NCBI GenBank assembly: GCA_051530055.1
Contig: CM121342.1
Coordinates: forward strand, 6,137,489 to 6,201,488
DNA: 64,000 nt
Source of the DNA: Neoechinorhynchus agilis
Lineage: Eukaryota > Animalia > Acanthocephala
Reading direction: 5' to 3'
Within the stretch, counting starts at the first letter, position 1. The number at the start of each line of letters is the position of its first letter. Shown here in pieces: positions 25,298 through 39,559 of this stretch. A model generated the notes under the pieces. It was not told where the DNA came from, searched no databases, and worked only from the letters and a program-made list of their open reading frames with translations. A program made the position numbers and the translations under genes.

Positions 25298-27783
25298 TCA
25301 TTCATTCAAAAGTGGGCGGCTGCATAGATAATTTGACAGAAACCTTCGGAGTCGAGATACCAACTTCGGTCTCAAATTCAAAGCGATCACGTTTTTAATA
25401 CTGCAGATCATCATTGGCTTATTCGTAAAAGATTTGTTAAAAACATTATTCAGTTCATTTTCTCTACATACGGCGAGCTTTTTGTTCTCCTCGAGATTTA
25501 TAAACATGCAAATTTCCGAGACTTCAACCTTTCTCAAGTTCGAAAATGCGTTATTCTTATTTATGCTAAAATAATCAAGTCAGTTATCGATTAAAACTAT
25601 TATCAGAAAGTTGAGGGGAATCGAGTTTAATCCGGGAAAAATCAGCCAATTTCAACAATGTCAATGAAGATACTTTCTAAACACTCAGGTCAACAACAAC
25701 AAAAAACCAGATAAAACTTGTGCCTTTTGGGGTTGAGACCCACGGATTTCTTGGTAGCGAGGCTCTTCAACTCCTGAGGGATTTGAAGCGACGCCTTCAG
25801 GTTATAACCGGTGATACGATGGAAACATTCGGGCGACAATTGAGGACGAGGACGGCGAATAATTATGTTTATATCTTCTTTAATAAAACGAATAACTCTG
25901 GGAAAAAACTCTTAAGAGCTTTCTTTGCACATATACTTTATTCTATGCGAAAATGAAAAATTTAATCCTCCGATCGCAAAATCGATAAAAGGACCAAAAT
26001 TAAATGATCACTCAAACAGTCAACTTTCTTTTTTTTCCATCGAATTCACGATTGTTTCATTTTTGTATCCTTTTTCCGATTATTTCAGATTTAAAAAAGA
26101 CCCTGTAGTCGTGTTCATGAGATGGGATTATAATCTACAGAAAGTAAACAATAAAGCATGCATTGTTTTTCTGACGGATAATTGAAGGAATTTTTTTTGC
26201 GTTAGAATCGGATATTTAATTTTTTTGGAATCCTTGTGTTCGAACAACAAAATAGTTCAAATGAAAATGTTTTTTGAGGGAAAAAAGCTCATTCATAACT
26301 TAACGTAGCGCATTTATTAAGCTACATTGGACAAATTAACGTCTTAAAGATGGGTGTATTTGTAAATAATTAGTTTTGTCCTGTCAATTTTAAAAAAAGA
26401 GATGCTTTCTATTGACTGATTGGTAAATGACACGATCAATTCAACAGTCGATCCTTCATTGCCCTCAAATTTCCAAGGCTTCGTTTGGAATTCTCTAATT
26501 CATGACGGGAGCGTATCTTCTTTTTTGCGTTAGAATCGGATATTTAATTTTTTTGGAATCCTTGTGTTCGAACAACAAAATAGTTCAAATGAAAATGTTT
26601 TTTGGGGGAAAAAAGCTCATTCATAACTTAACGTAGCGCATTTATTAAGCTACATTGGACAAATTAACGTCTTAAAGATGGGTGTATTTGTAAATAATTA
26701 GTTTTGTCCTGTCAATTTTAAAAAAAGAGATGCTTTCTATTGACTGATTGGTAAATGACACGATCAATTCAACAGTCGATCCTTCATTGCCCTCAAATTT
26801 CCAAGGCTTCGTTTGGAATTCTCTAATTCATGACGGGAGCGTATCTTCTTTTTTGCGTTAGAATCGGATATTTAATTTTTTTGGAATCCTTGTGTTCGAA
26901 CAACAAAATAGTTCAAATGAAAATGTTTTTTGAGGGAAAAAAGCTCATTCATAACTTAACGTAGCGCATTTATTAAGCTACATTGGACAAATTAACGTCT
27001 TAAAGATGGGTGTATTTGTAAATAATTAGTTTTGTCCTGTCAATTTTAAAAAAAGAGATGTTTTCTATTGACTGATTGGTAAATGACACGATCAGTTCAA
27101 CAGTCGATCCTTCATTGCCCTCAAATTTTCAAGGCTTCGTTTGGCATTCTCTAACTCATGACGGGAGCGTATCTTAAAGCCCGTATAAAAGGACGAAGAA
27201 GTGTTAGAATACATACGGTATCAGAGCTCATTTTGTAGAATCTAGAAGCGACGCCACTGTCTTGTAGGAGCATATCACGATACACATCACTCGAGTCTTT
27301 AATATTGCTGATCTTTTCAGCGGTTTCATCATTCCATTTTTTGAATTCACTAGAAAAAAAAAGTTTTGTGTGTTAGAGAGGGAGAAAATAAAAGATCACC
27401 TTCCAGCTACAGCTTGATCTTCACATCTCCATGTTCTTGGTTTATCATCGACATCTTTGCCAAGTCCCTTGTACGTGGATCCGACTTCATTCACTTGGTT
27501 TCGTTCAAGTGACATATAGGAGCTTCCATAATGATTATGGAATCGGTTACGGTCATTTCCAAGAAGACTGTAGTGGCTATCGTAACCATGATGTTTGGTT
27601 GAATGTGTTCCGGACATCTTAGTCTGCAAAAGGAAAAAAAAGGAGAAATCGTTTGTGCTCGGTGTTCTCGTCTTTGCGCTCGTTCTTTAGGAGTGTAACT
27701 CTATTGATATCTCGGTGTTCGTCTACAGACAATCCCCTCCCAACACACAAAAATAGTAACATCTCTTTTATGCGCAGGAACAT
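25298..27783 (-). CDS. Putative multi-exon gene of unknown function
   Basis: Phase-compatible exons at about 27629-27400 and 27350-27218 with strong ttttgcag and ttttctag acceptors and a gtatgt donor. No recognisable homology; ends uncertain. Confidence 0.3.
25720..25830 (+). mobile_element. Fragment of CRE-like non-LTR REL endonuclease tail
   Basis: PFGVETHGFLGSEALQLLRDLKRRL...TGD resembles the FVPFRVETYGALG...TGD end of the 44-46 kb element. Confidence 0.6.
26190..27175. repeat. Tandem repeat, about 327-bp unit x3
   Basis: ttttttgcgttagaatcggatatt recurs at about 26195, 26521 and 26849. Confidence 0.9.
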
Positions 27784-29612
27784 CTTCTATGACAAATCAG
27801 GACGCTTTGCTGTAGAGCACAGAATGCTGCTGCTGCCGCCTGAAGCGGCTACAACAATCAGCCAGATCCATATGGGTAAGAAAAAAGAAGAGATATCCGG
27901 GAAAAAGAAAGCTGAAATGATTTATCATGGCACTAGAAAAAAAAGGCTTACATTGAACTTGCACAACCAATGAAGATAAGCTCTCATGTTTAAAAACTCC
28001 CTCGGGTATGTTTTTTTCCTATAGTGACAATACGATAAATCATAGAGTTTCGTCTCATTTCAGTTTCAAACATTTTAAAATCTTTGTGAGTGTATTTTAG
28101 AACTGGTTGTTTTATGTGATTTTCAGCGAACTCACAAATTCACAAAAAAAACTTGATCAAAACGTCGAATTCTTCGCCATATAAAACAACCAAAATATGA
28201 ACAATTCAATAAGAAGGTCCGACGAACGTCTTTAATTTAACAAAAAAGATCATTTACCGCCAAAAACTATAATTCCAGTGTCCAAGTTGTGTTCATTTCT
28301 ACGATCTAAAAAAATACGATCAATGCTATAAGATCATCTCTCGTTCTTTTCAAAAAACGTTTGTGAGCGAAGACAATAATATTTTTTCACCTATACTTAT
28401 CTTTGTGTTGTATAAGAAGCAGTGCGACATATTGACAAAAATAATATCTCTTTTTTTAACCTTAAAAACAACCCTATCCCATTTATTTTATCTCTACCAG
28501 TTACATAATGGATATAAAGTGATCGCTGTAAATTCCAGGAAATGTACCATGATCTTTAAATAGACTTGAACTTTTAGATCGAGGTAAAACAAAGGTTAAA
28601 ATAATATTAAGAAACGACTAATGCGACATTTTATTGTTTTCCTTTTTTTTCTTAAAGGCGCATAAAATCACACTTTGAACCATATCGATTTTGTTTTCGA
28701 AAATGAACACTCGACAAAGGGATGTTCAATATTATGGTTTAGTGTGTTAAAGTAACGACATCGGAGTATGGAAAGTTCAATTAAAGTGTGAGTGGACCTT
28801 AGTACAGAACACAGAGGACGATCTTTATACACTAATCTAATGATTTAACTGAGGCCAAGTCAAAAAAAACCCATTTTAAACGTATTTTATCTTGAAATTA
28901 AAGAAATCAAAAGAAAGAAGAGTTCTAAGGTTTTGAATGTTTAAATAAAATGGGAATAAAATTTCAAACGTTTTCTAAATTCAACGTTCGTGTCCTCGTT
29001 GCATTTAGCGATAGTGTAAAAAGATTGTTTTGTCTCTTAATTTTCAGTACGAATAAAGACAATGAACGTTTTACTTGTGGATCTTAAAGCGATAGCGACA
29101 GTGTAAAAAGATTGTTTTGTCTCTTAATTTTCAGTACGAATAAAGACAATGAACGTTTTACTTGTGGATCTTAAAACGATCTTTTCATCGTTACAGTGCA
29201 AAAGTTCAGCACAACTTTGAATTTGGTTTTGTCCTATTTTATGCGTTTTATTCGCTATCGGCGGCTTTATCATTTGAACACAAAGTGCCCTTCTCATTTG
29301 GTAAGTGAACTTATTCGTAACTTCTAAATTATCGCCGGTTTTTTAAAAATAAACTCGGGAATTATGATTTCCACGACGAAATGTGCGTTCCTTATTTATG
29401 TTAAGGATTCTGAGGTGAAGAAAAACATCCAAAAGGACCGAGTCAATAAATATAACTCGAATGTCTTTCCAAATATCTTTCAAAACAGTTTAAAAACGCA
29501 TTGATCAGCTTGTCGAATTTTATGAGGAAAAGATCACTTAAAATGTCTTTTTTTATGTGTGTGTGTTTGTAATATTTTCATTTACATACTTGGCACACAA
29601 AATCACGATCGC

Positions 29613-32600
29613 TCATGGCACTTTCTTGATCCAATCGTCGGTGAACTCATCAATAAGCACGTACTCAAACCTCTTCCAAATACCAACTTGGCGTTTTATC
29701 TCTTCAGTTGTCCTTGAACTCGACGAACCATTTGTGTTATTTTTACACGTTTTTTGTGGGCAATAATGGCAAAGGGAACTAACGACCCCGTAAAGATCTC
29801 TAAGACTGGTGATTTGGCGTGCGGTCAGTATTGGATGCTGATCAAGGACGAGTGGAGTCGGGAGATTGGGTCCAAAGTTGTTTTCAATAATGGATTTGAG
29901 TTGAATTAAATGTGGTTGATCGTTAGGTTGTTTTAGTGAGACCGTTGAATTCGGTATAACCATCGTTGAAAACGCACATCGATAAGATTGAAACTGTGGC
30001 AGATCGTCAACAGGTAAACTCAGAAGCATCTCGATCAATTTAAAAGCAGAACACAGCATGTTTAGGGAAGCCGAGTTTAAGTCACTCAATGAGTCTACTT
30101 GAATGAGGCTGTGAAGCGAAGATGGGGACGAACTTGATACCGATCGAGAATTGGCTTGTGGTGAGGAGGAATGAAGTGGACTCAAGTCGACACTGTGATG
30201 ACGACTCTGAGAAGTTCCTAGAGCTTGTTCTAGGTTTATTAGAATTTGAAGTAATTCGGAATGGATTATCGGGTACAGAGATACGAGGTACCTTGACGAA
30301 AATCTCAATGTCAGTACGCGGACGAATGTGAAAACTTGGGCGTGCAAAGCGCACGAAGGAGACGTCCTTATGATCTCTGAGATGTAATCATGAAGTTCTG
30401 GGATTGAGCTTTGATAGAAATCGAACGGAGCAGCGAGGACTATGAGAGATAGTCGACGCATCAGTCTTGCTTTCTGGTCACTTTCCTGTTCAGAAGTAAT
30501 AAATAGTCCGGTTTGAACGGTGTTTACACGACCAAGCACTTCTTTAAAGGTACTACGATCGTTAGACATGAAGTTGTGGATCATTGACATCCAACTCTGT
30601 AGAGCATCTCGGTCCAAATGGAAAAATGCCGGATCAAAGTAATGATCGAAGACATCTTTCTTTAAAACACGTCTTGCGTAACTATACTGGCTCAATCGTT
30701 GTAAGACAATCGAACGTAATCATCCGTATTCAGCGAAATTTAAAATTATAAACAAAAAACACACACACATTTAAACGTTAAATTTAGAATTGATAAATCG
30801 TTTTGGGAAATTACACTCGGCCCTAAAGACTACGTTCCAATGTTCTAAAAGCTTTGATGTAGCCCTTACACTTGGGCTGTTGGATTGTCTTCTTGTCCTA
30901 AGGAAAGGTAGCAAATTTGTTAGCAGTGCAGATAATAATGGCACTACAGTTCGTTCCTTCTCATCGGTTCTAAACGCGCAATCCAACAGATTAGGTAGAT
31001 GATCAGCGAGAACCACAATAGCTTGTAGGCTATACAACTTGATTTCTTTTTCCGGTCTAAGATGCTGAGATTCTTGAAACGCTTGACTTGTTGCTGCATT
31101 AGAACTTTCAGAATCTGAATTTAATCCAGAACCGTTCATTGTATCGTCACTGTTCGAAATAAAAGAAAACACCCGAGAATCTTCAGTTTCTGCGGCATTC
31201 TCGATACCTCGGATACTAGCAATTCCGTCGTTTGTACAATTGGACAGTGTTCGGCTTAAATCCATTACGGGTGATTGAGTTTGGACAACCGCTGGTTTTA
31301 CTACATATCCGGAACTTCTTTTAAGCCAACTTGAGTGTTCAAGTGAAGATGCAACGACGATATTACATGCCTGTACAAGTGAAACTATCACAGATTGAAC
31401 GTTTTTCATGCACTTGGGAGCAAATACGTCCGAGTCCGATTCGGATGTTGTTGGCAATCGATTGCGACTAACGAGTCCATCAACGAACCGGAGAAGTAGG
31501 AAGCATTCGGGAGGTGATTGAAATGCTTCACTCGCTTTTTGTAAAAACGAACATATAAGGTCATTTAGGCTGGTTACTGAACTCGTCGACATGATTTCTC
31601 CTCCGTCTTTAATCCATGAAACGTCGAATTTTTCAAAGTATGACAAGACGACTTGTGTGGTCCATATTCTGAAATCTTCTCGTTTTCGATCACCCAAGTA
31701 ATTGTCAATGTTCGCTACAATATCAGTGCAAGTAGTGTACAGAAACTCTGGTGGAAGATAATGTTCCAAAAATCTCACTAATCCACTCGTAGCGTTAGTG
31801 AGCCTAAATCGATGTCTTCTTTCTCCCCACAGGATGATTATTGCACTCGTTGCAGTAGAGACATAATCCCTCATGAGATTATCGACAAACTGGTGAGCCA
31901 CTTCGCTGATCTCGACAACCAAATTCAGTTCGTTTGTGTTGGTGATTGACACCAAAGCTGCCAAAATGTTCGGTAGAAGCGTTTGGACGAGTTGGCGTAC
32001 ATTAGCATCGGGTGGTTGGTGAAATGGTTCAAAATTGGAAGCCACGCACACCTTGGAAACTCGACCAAAATAAAGATTATCTTGGTTGTCATTGCGTAAG
32101 TATATGAGATTCCATATAAAGCGTAAAGTGGCAAGGACTGATTGAGGAGTTTGACTGCTCGCACCAGTGTCCAACAGGCAATCACAGAGCTGTTGAACAA
32201 CTAGAGAAAAAATCTCGGTGAAATATGGATAATTCTCAATGGCTAACAATCTTTTGAGGCAACATACAATCAAACCGACTGATCGTTGATGGCTTTGATG
32301 AGGAATGGTACATACGACTGAGGCTACGACTTGAGCTCGGATCCCAGTTAAAACTCCAGCGTCAAGTTCGTTAACCCATGGGAGAGTCGAGAGTGATGCC
32401 TGACACCTTATTCAGATATGGACAAGAGTGTAGACCTTGAAATGTTCATATCTCTGTGTAATGTCCAAAGGATCATCACAAAACAATTCATTCATAATTC
32501 GAATAGCTGGTGCGAATAAATCCACATTTCCGATCCAGTCTTTGTGTTCGAGGTAAGTGAAGAAATTAGTGAGAAAAAGAAGACATTCATTTCTAAGACC

Positions 32601-35600
32601 ACTTGGAGCTGCTGGATCATCCAGTGATCCAGTTAGATGCCTGAATAGCTCGTGGACTAAAGCATGGTCACACATAACAACACGTTTTACAAATATCCGA
32701 GGACATAAAATTAAAAGATTGCTGAGTAATTTATAAGTATGTTGGACTTGTCTTATATGTCGATGAGGACTTTCGTCGAGTAGCTCAATGATTAAAATTA
32801 GTATACGATCAAAATTGGAATCTAACATCCACTTAATAACCAGAGACTCAATAAGGGAATCGTTCCGGTGAATATCGTTTGAAAGTCTTGGAAGCTGATC
32901 GATTACAAGCAAAACTATATTTTTGATCAATCGTAGAGAATCGTCCGCTTGACGGCTTCCATAATTCCATACAAAGCAACTCTGTACTGATTTGAGAAAG
33001 AGACGCGAAATTGGTGGTTAGTTCAATAACACACACCAAACACGATTTTTCCAACCTAACCATATCGAAAAATTTGTTTCTAAACCTATTGATTGGAGAA
33101 AAACATGAAAAAATAGACTAAAATCTGAAAATGTTGAATCTTTTGGTAAGAAGACGGGGAAAATCGCTGAGATCAGTGATGAAACGAGGTATCCTCTTTT
33201 GTTGAAATACTTCAATAAATTTAAATTGTTATTTTAAATTGATCTAAATTCCGAATGTATTTCTAGGAAAATGTACACATAATGGGAGTTCGTCTATAGA
33301 TTCACCAACTCTAGCAGTACAGAACTGTTACGTAAGATATGTAATCGATTTAGTGCTTGTTCTTGATCCAGAATGTCCTTATCTTTAACATAGACGCTTT
33401 CATCTACACTTAAATAGCGACAAAATAACTTTTCGACCGGTTTTTCATTGGTCCAAATTCGTTCACATTGCAACAATAATTTACAACAACTTTGCACTTG
33501 TTCAGCTACTGATAAATGATCATTTAAGAAGAAATATAACCAATTACATATATTTGCAACAAATCCAGTCTCGTACATTGAATCGAATTGCTCTCTAGTG
33601 GCTATAGTGATAATCATCTTCAACGCACAGCATCTAAGCGAAAACGAAGCTTCTTCGGCTTCACAAATCGACATTAGCTGTGTACAAGTGTCCTGATCTT
33701 TATTAATGTTTTTCGAACCACTCAAAAGTATTTCACAAATGACATTGAACATATCGACCAAATGAGTCTCTTGAGATCGACAAAATATTTTATATTTTGC
33801 GAATTTGTTCAATAAGAGATACTCCAGTGTAGGCTGACTCTTGACCATCTCCTCATCTTCCTCGATCTTGTCAAGTATCGTGAACACAACGACTTCAGTG
33901 ATCACCTCAGCGTCACATGATCGAGTTTCGTTGATTTCAATCTAAATGATTTCAATGTAGATCTTGCGTAATGTTTTTAAAAAATGATTGAAAGCCGTCT
34001 AAATTTAAGGTTTTCGACAGCAGTGAGTTGAACAAGTCGATTGTAGGACGGTCGCGTTTTAGAATAAAAATGGAAACGTCCCTGAAACTCATTATTTTTC
34101 AAAAAATTGAGCACTTGGGCTGTTGTGATATGATAAGATTTATTTCCGAGAGCTTTCGTCGTCTTACGGCTTCCTAAGGAAACTTTTACGACCAAAACTT
34201 GCACCGTTACAAAAATATTTCCCTTTTATCATATTACAAACGCCCAAGTGCTCAATTTTCGATTAAATTGATAGATTATGCGGCTGAAAAATCATCGTTT
34301 GATTAACATTTTGTTCTAGAAAGAATAAGCAAGTGAAATCCGTTAGTTAATCAAAGAAACCCAAAAATTTCTAACACAAAAAAACGTTCAATAGTGTGAT
34401 TTACTAACCTGTTGTTGAACACTAAGACAAACTCGAAGGCAATTCGTGCAATCTTTGCAGCTAGTAAATTCGATTCTCTTCACAACAGCATCCAATAACC
34501 GGTTTTGTAGTCTTGGCCGTGAATCGAGGAGTGTTCATGACTCATCTCCCCGATCCACGGTCTATGAAGACCGCAATACGATTGAGTACCGATGAGTTCG
34601 AGTAGATTATGGCAAAGACTTGAAAGTTTGTCAAACGACATATCGGGTAAGGTGGACTCTCCCGAACAAAGCAGAACAAAATTATCGGTCACAACACTCC
34701 ATAGATAGTTCGGTCGTAATGAATATATCAAAGCTTGAAAGCATCTTCTCACTTCGGAACAAGCTGAGTTTGCCGTACACAAAAGCATGATTTTGATAAG
34801 AATGGGAGAGTCCAGAAGTGTTGGAGTAAGTTGCGGTTGTTCGAGTAAATAGTTAACAATGCCAACAATTCGCGGATTAAGTGGTGAATCTGATTGAAGT
34901 GCTTTAATGATTGTTCTAATTAGGAGTGGTCGACTGTGGTTCAGAAAGTATTTATCCGTTGTACAACTCGATTGTCTTAGAATCCACGTTAAGATCCTTC
35001 TATTCAGTGAAGCATCATGTAATAACACAATTGGTAAGACGTGAGCCATGATTTCTTCTAAAGTATCTCCATGGGTTTGGGTAGAAGTTGGAATATAACC
35101 AACAATCACGTCAAGTGATGCTCGACGGACAAGATTCGATTCGTCCGATAGACAAGCGCAAATCGAAGGCGCATTTTGAGTCAGTCGTTCAGATCCGATC
35201 CCGAGTGCATCGCAATCCGTTACATCGCGCCTTTCGAGTTTCGTTAACACGAATTCCAAGGCAGCTAGACGGCATCGTTGATCCATTGCAATCGCACTCC
35301 ATAGTCCGTCAAAGAAGACGTCGCATAGAGAAACAATTCGAGGAACTCCATTGTCTTCATATCCAGCTGATTTTAAAAGTTTATCGAGAAACTGAGCTGT
35401 TCCATCAGCGTGCTCACTCGCTGCCGGTTCGTCTATACCATAAGGAGATACTAGCACTTTTCTGTCGCTCCCAAAATATTACTAATTTTGTTGGGAACAA
35501 TGGGAATTAGAGTTTTAAACAGAGATCTTTAATGGTTCGCGGGACCACACAAATTTAACGAAATGATTTCGAACAATCTTGCTTCCGCCAATTAAAACAA

Positions 35601-37165
35601 TTTAAATCGAACTCCGTTTAAAATTGGTTAGTTTACTGGACCATAACAATTAAGTGAAATCGTTTCAGGCAACTTCCCCGCCCCCCCCCGAGTTTGAGAC
35701 AATTAAAATCGAACTCTTTTTAAAAATGGTTAGTTTCCACTAAAAAAAAAGAAAACTTAAATCGATCTCATAATAAAATTGGTTAATTTACTGGACCACA
35801 CAAATTAGGTGAAATGATTTCGAACAATCTTGCTTCATCCCTCAAATTAAAATCGACTCTAAAATTGGTTGTTTGCTGGACCACAACAATTAAGCGAAAT
35901 GATTTCGAACAATCTTACTTCATCCCTCAAATTAAAATCGAACTCCTTTCAAAATTGGTTAATTTACTGGACCACACAAATTAGGTGAAATGATTTCGAA
36001 CAATCTTGCTTCATCCCTCAAATTAAAATCGAACTCTTTTAAAATTGGTTGATTTACTGGACCACACAAATTAAGCGAAATGATTTCGAACAATCTTGCT
36101 TCTTCCTCAAATTAAAATCGAACTCATTTTAAAATTGGTTGATTTGCTGGACCACAACAATTAAGCGAAATGATTTCGAACAATCTTATTTCATCCCTCA
36201 AATTAAAATCGAACTCCTTTCAAAATTGGTTAATTTACTGGACCACAACAATTAAGCGAAATGATTTCGAACAATCTTATTTCATCCCTCAAATTAAAAT
36301 CGAACTCCTTTCAAAATTGGTTGATTTACTGGACCACACAAATTAAGCGAAATGATTTCGAACAATCTTGCTTCTTCCTCAAATTAAAATCGAACTCTTT
36401 TTAAAATTGGTTGATTTGCTGGACCACAACAATTAAGCGAAATGATTTCGAACAATCTTGCTTCTTCCTCTAATCAAAATCGAACTCCTTTTAAGAATGG
36501 TTAGTTTCCACTAAAAAAAAGAAAACTTAAATCGAACTCCTTTTAAAATTGGTTAGTTTACTGGACCACAACAATTAAGTAAAATCGTTTCCGGCAACTT
36601 CCCCCCCCCGAGTTTGATACAATTAAAATCGAATCCATAACTGGTACCTCCTGTGGTTTACAGCAGCGAATAACGATGCGAGTAGACATGGCAGTACAGT
36701 GCTGGAAGCTTCCTGGACAGCAGCCGGAAGATATAAAACTTCAATAAGTCTTAGCATTTGTGGTCTTACGGTATAAGAAGAATGAGGATAAAGTTGACAG
36801 ATAGCTGGTGTATAAACAAGAAGTTTTGAGATATTAAGAGGATTTCGTTCATGAGTGCATTGTTGAGCCGCGATGAGTGCAAAATAGACGTCGATCGCCT
36901 TTAGATGAACACCACTTGGTAGATTCGGATGAAGGCATTGACATAGTCGTTTAGCGATCTGTACAAGGCATGGAACATGGCCTCCAAATCTAGGCGCTTG
37001 ATACTCAATGAGTTTTTTAAGCCTTGCAAGATTGGAAATAAGATCTGCCCATTCGTTGGAGTTATCAAAACTCTTCAAGACTTTATCTACGCTTTGTGTA
37101 AAAGCCTTCACTTTGGACTCGGACATTTGTTTGTCCAGTTTATGCCTTTGTCTTGAAATAAACAT
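29613..37165 (-). CDS. DOP1: Dopey/DOP1 family protein, multi-exon
   Basis: N-terminus VDKVLKSFDNSNEWADLISNL, KRLCQCLHPNLPSGVHLKAIDVY; LLHDASLNRRILTW; C-terminus LSQYSYARR, DHYFDPAFF, WMSMIHNFM, EQESDQKARLMRRLS, LYPIIHSELLQI, AFKLIEM and FQSYRCAF. Confidence 0.9.
34103..34259. mobile_element. MITE-like element in canonical Dopey intron
   Basis: aaaattgagcacttgggc / gcccaagtgctcaatttt inverted ends. Confidence 0.7.
35520..36620. repeat. Tandem repeat, about 90-bp unit, inside Dopey interruption
   Basis: aaatgatttcgaacaatctt...tactggaccac repeated about 11 times. Confidence 0.9.
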
Positions 37166-37639
37166 CAATCCGACGGCAGGTGCATACCAAACAAAAACAA
37201 TGTCGCTTAAATGTGTCAAATGTGAGTGTTGCACACCGCGTAGGGTAAATGGTGGCGTCGGAAGCAGCTAACCGAGATTGGAAGACAAAGGAGAAACACA
37301 AAGAAAAAGAATATGCCGTGATGGTGGCGGAAAAGGGGTTTGCATCATAAGCGACGGTAGCACAGGAAGCGACGTGTGGCACTTTTTAGCTTTCTCCTGG
37401 GAACGTAAAGCAACACTGGACCATCATTCCACGATTCATTCATCGAATCAAACAAATGATTTATCGAATTTCGTAGAGGAATTCTACTAAGGAAACGGAT
37501 CGAAAATAAACATATTCTATTTCGCCTTTTTTGGGAACCAAAAAGAGTGGACATTCGCGTGTAAAAGAAGGAGATTCATGCGTTTCATCTACGATCTCCC
37601 GAAGGATTTTCTCTTGATGATTTAGAAAGCGATAAGAAC

Positions 37640-38110
37640 GAGAAATAACCCGCAAAATCATTCGAATGGAAAAAAGGAGGAATTTATGAATTTTTGTAAG
37701 ATTTCAAAGGAAAACATTAACGTAGAATTCAAATTTGAAGGAATTTTTAGGCGACAAGAACGAGAAATAACCGTGAAAATCTTGCAATGATTTCATTCGA
37801 ATGGAAAAAAGGAGGAATTTATGAATTTTTGTAAGATTTCAAAGGAAAACATTAACGTAGAATTCAAATTTGAAGGAATTTTTAGGCGACAAGAACGGGA
37901 AATAACTCGCAAAATCTTTCAATGATTTCATTCGAATGGAAAAAAGGAGGAATTGGTGAATTTTGTAAAATCTCAAAGGAAAACAATAAAGTAGAATTCA
38001 AATTTGAAGGAAATTTACGCGATAAGAACGAGAAATAACCGTGAAAATCTTGCAATGATTTCATTCGAATGGAAAAAAGGAGGAATTTATGAATTTTTGT
38101 AAGATTTCAA
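37640..38110. repeat. Tandem repeat, about 120-bp unit
   Basis: ttcgaatggaaaaaaggaggaattt repeated 4 times. Confidence 0.85.
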
Positions 38111-39559
38111 AGGAAAGCATTTAAGTGAAACGTTTCTACGTGTAAAACCCATTTTAAATGAGGGGTTTTGTGAAATTGAACAAATGCAAAGAATAGAAAA
38201 CTTCACAATTCACAACTCATAAAAAAGAGCGATAAAAACCGATTTTTTTCTTAAGAATGTGACGTACGCACTTCAAATTTCTTCCAGATTTTTAATGCCA
38301 TTGCAATTCTGCAATTCAGTTGTGTTGTTCAATCTTCGAAGTTTGTTTCGTTTCTTTGTTGTAGTTTCTTTCTTTTGGCGATGGAATTAAAATCGAAAAA
38401 TAAGGCTCTAAAGTGCTCTATTGATGGACGCGAATTATTTTCGAATTCAGATTTCATTAAAACTTAGGAAAGTATTAGATTTTTATTTTAAAGGGATTAT
38501 GGGTTTTTTAGTTGAACAACGATGAAAAATTCATGTTATTTTTTTTAAAAAGGATTAGCAGATTTTTAAGTTTAAATCGATTTGATTTACTGAAACAAAA
38601 TTATTTGCGAATTAGACCTTTTAGGTTTTTCTTTTTGTTTTAAGAAAATCAAACTTTAGCGTTTATCAAAAGGATTTTTTGCGCTGAAATTAAATTTTCG
38701 ACAAAACTATCGTTCAAAAAAGAACAATTTCTACTTTTTATCATTTTCGGAATATCTCCCAATAGCGCATTTTGAACAAATAAATCTTTATACATTCCGA
38801 TTTCAAATATTCTCCATTGAAAACGTGATTTTTTTTGCTCTCTTTGATAATTTTTTGCGTATTTTTTAATTTCCTTACAAATAAAAGCATAAAATGCGAT
38901 TGAAGGCATAAAAAATTTCATTAAATCCATAATTTTTTTAGTTTCAGAATGCGCAATTTTTTTATTGCGCACCAGCCAATAATCTTCCAAGAATAATTTT
39001 ATTATGCGGCACGCAACATTTTTCTGTCTCCGAAATCGACCAATAAAAATGATTATAGGTGTATTTTCCGATCTTTGAAAATAAATATTTTATTTTTAGC
39101 ATTTAAAACGTCTACCAGAAGTCCTCGTAGATTTGTTTTATACTGTTAAAATACTTTCAATAAATTGAAGATTATGATGAAATTGCTGAAAAACTCCGAC
39201 TATTTTAGTTTTGCATTCTTTTTTTTTGAGTTCGGTTGAATTAACAAATTTAAGCCGCCGCCTAAAGGAGTTACAATGAATTTAAAATTCAAAACATCTC
39301 AAAGACTCCAGCCTACGAGTTGGTGCCTTTAGTTGAGATTTGAGACAATCGATCTTTTGCCTCACTAAAACCGCAAGCTGTTCCATTTCTTAAGCAAATT
39401 AAAGAAGGTAGAAATGCTATCTGGTACGAGATCCTTGCCACTCAGTCTAGTCAATGATTTATCGTACCAAACTCCTTAAACGTTTCTCAGTCCTTCTCAT
39501 AATGCAAGCGTAGGTCTGAAATACGATAGAAATTCTCTAGAACATCTTTGGGAAAAAAT

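Noticed and set aside
38649-38990. 113-aa ORF
   Set aside because: AT-rich, low-complexity sequence with no recognisable motif
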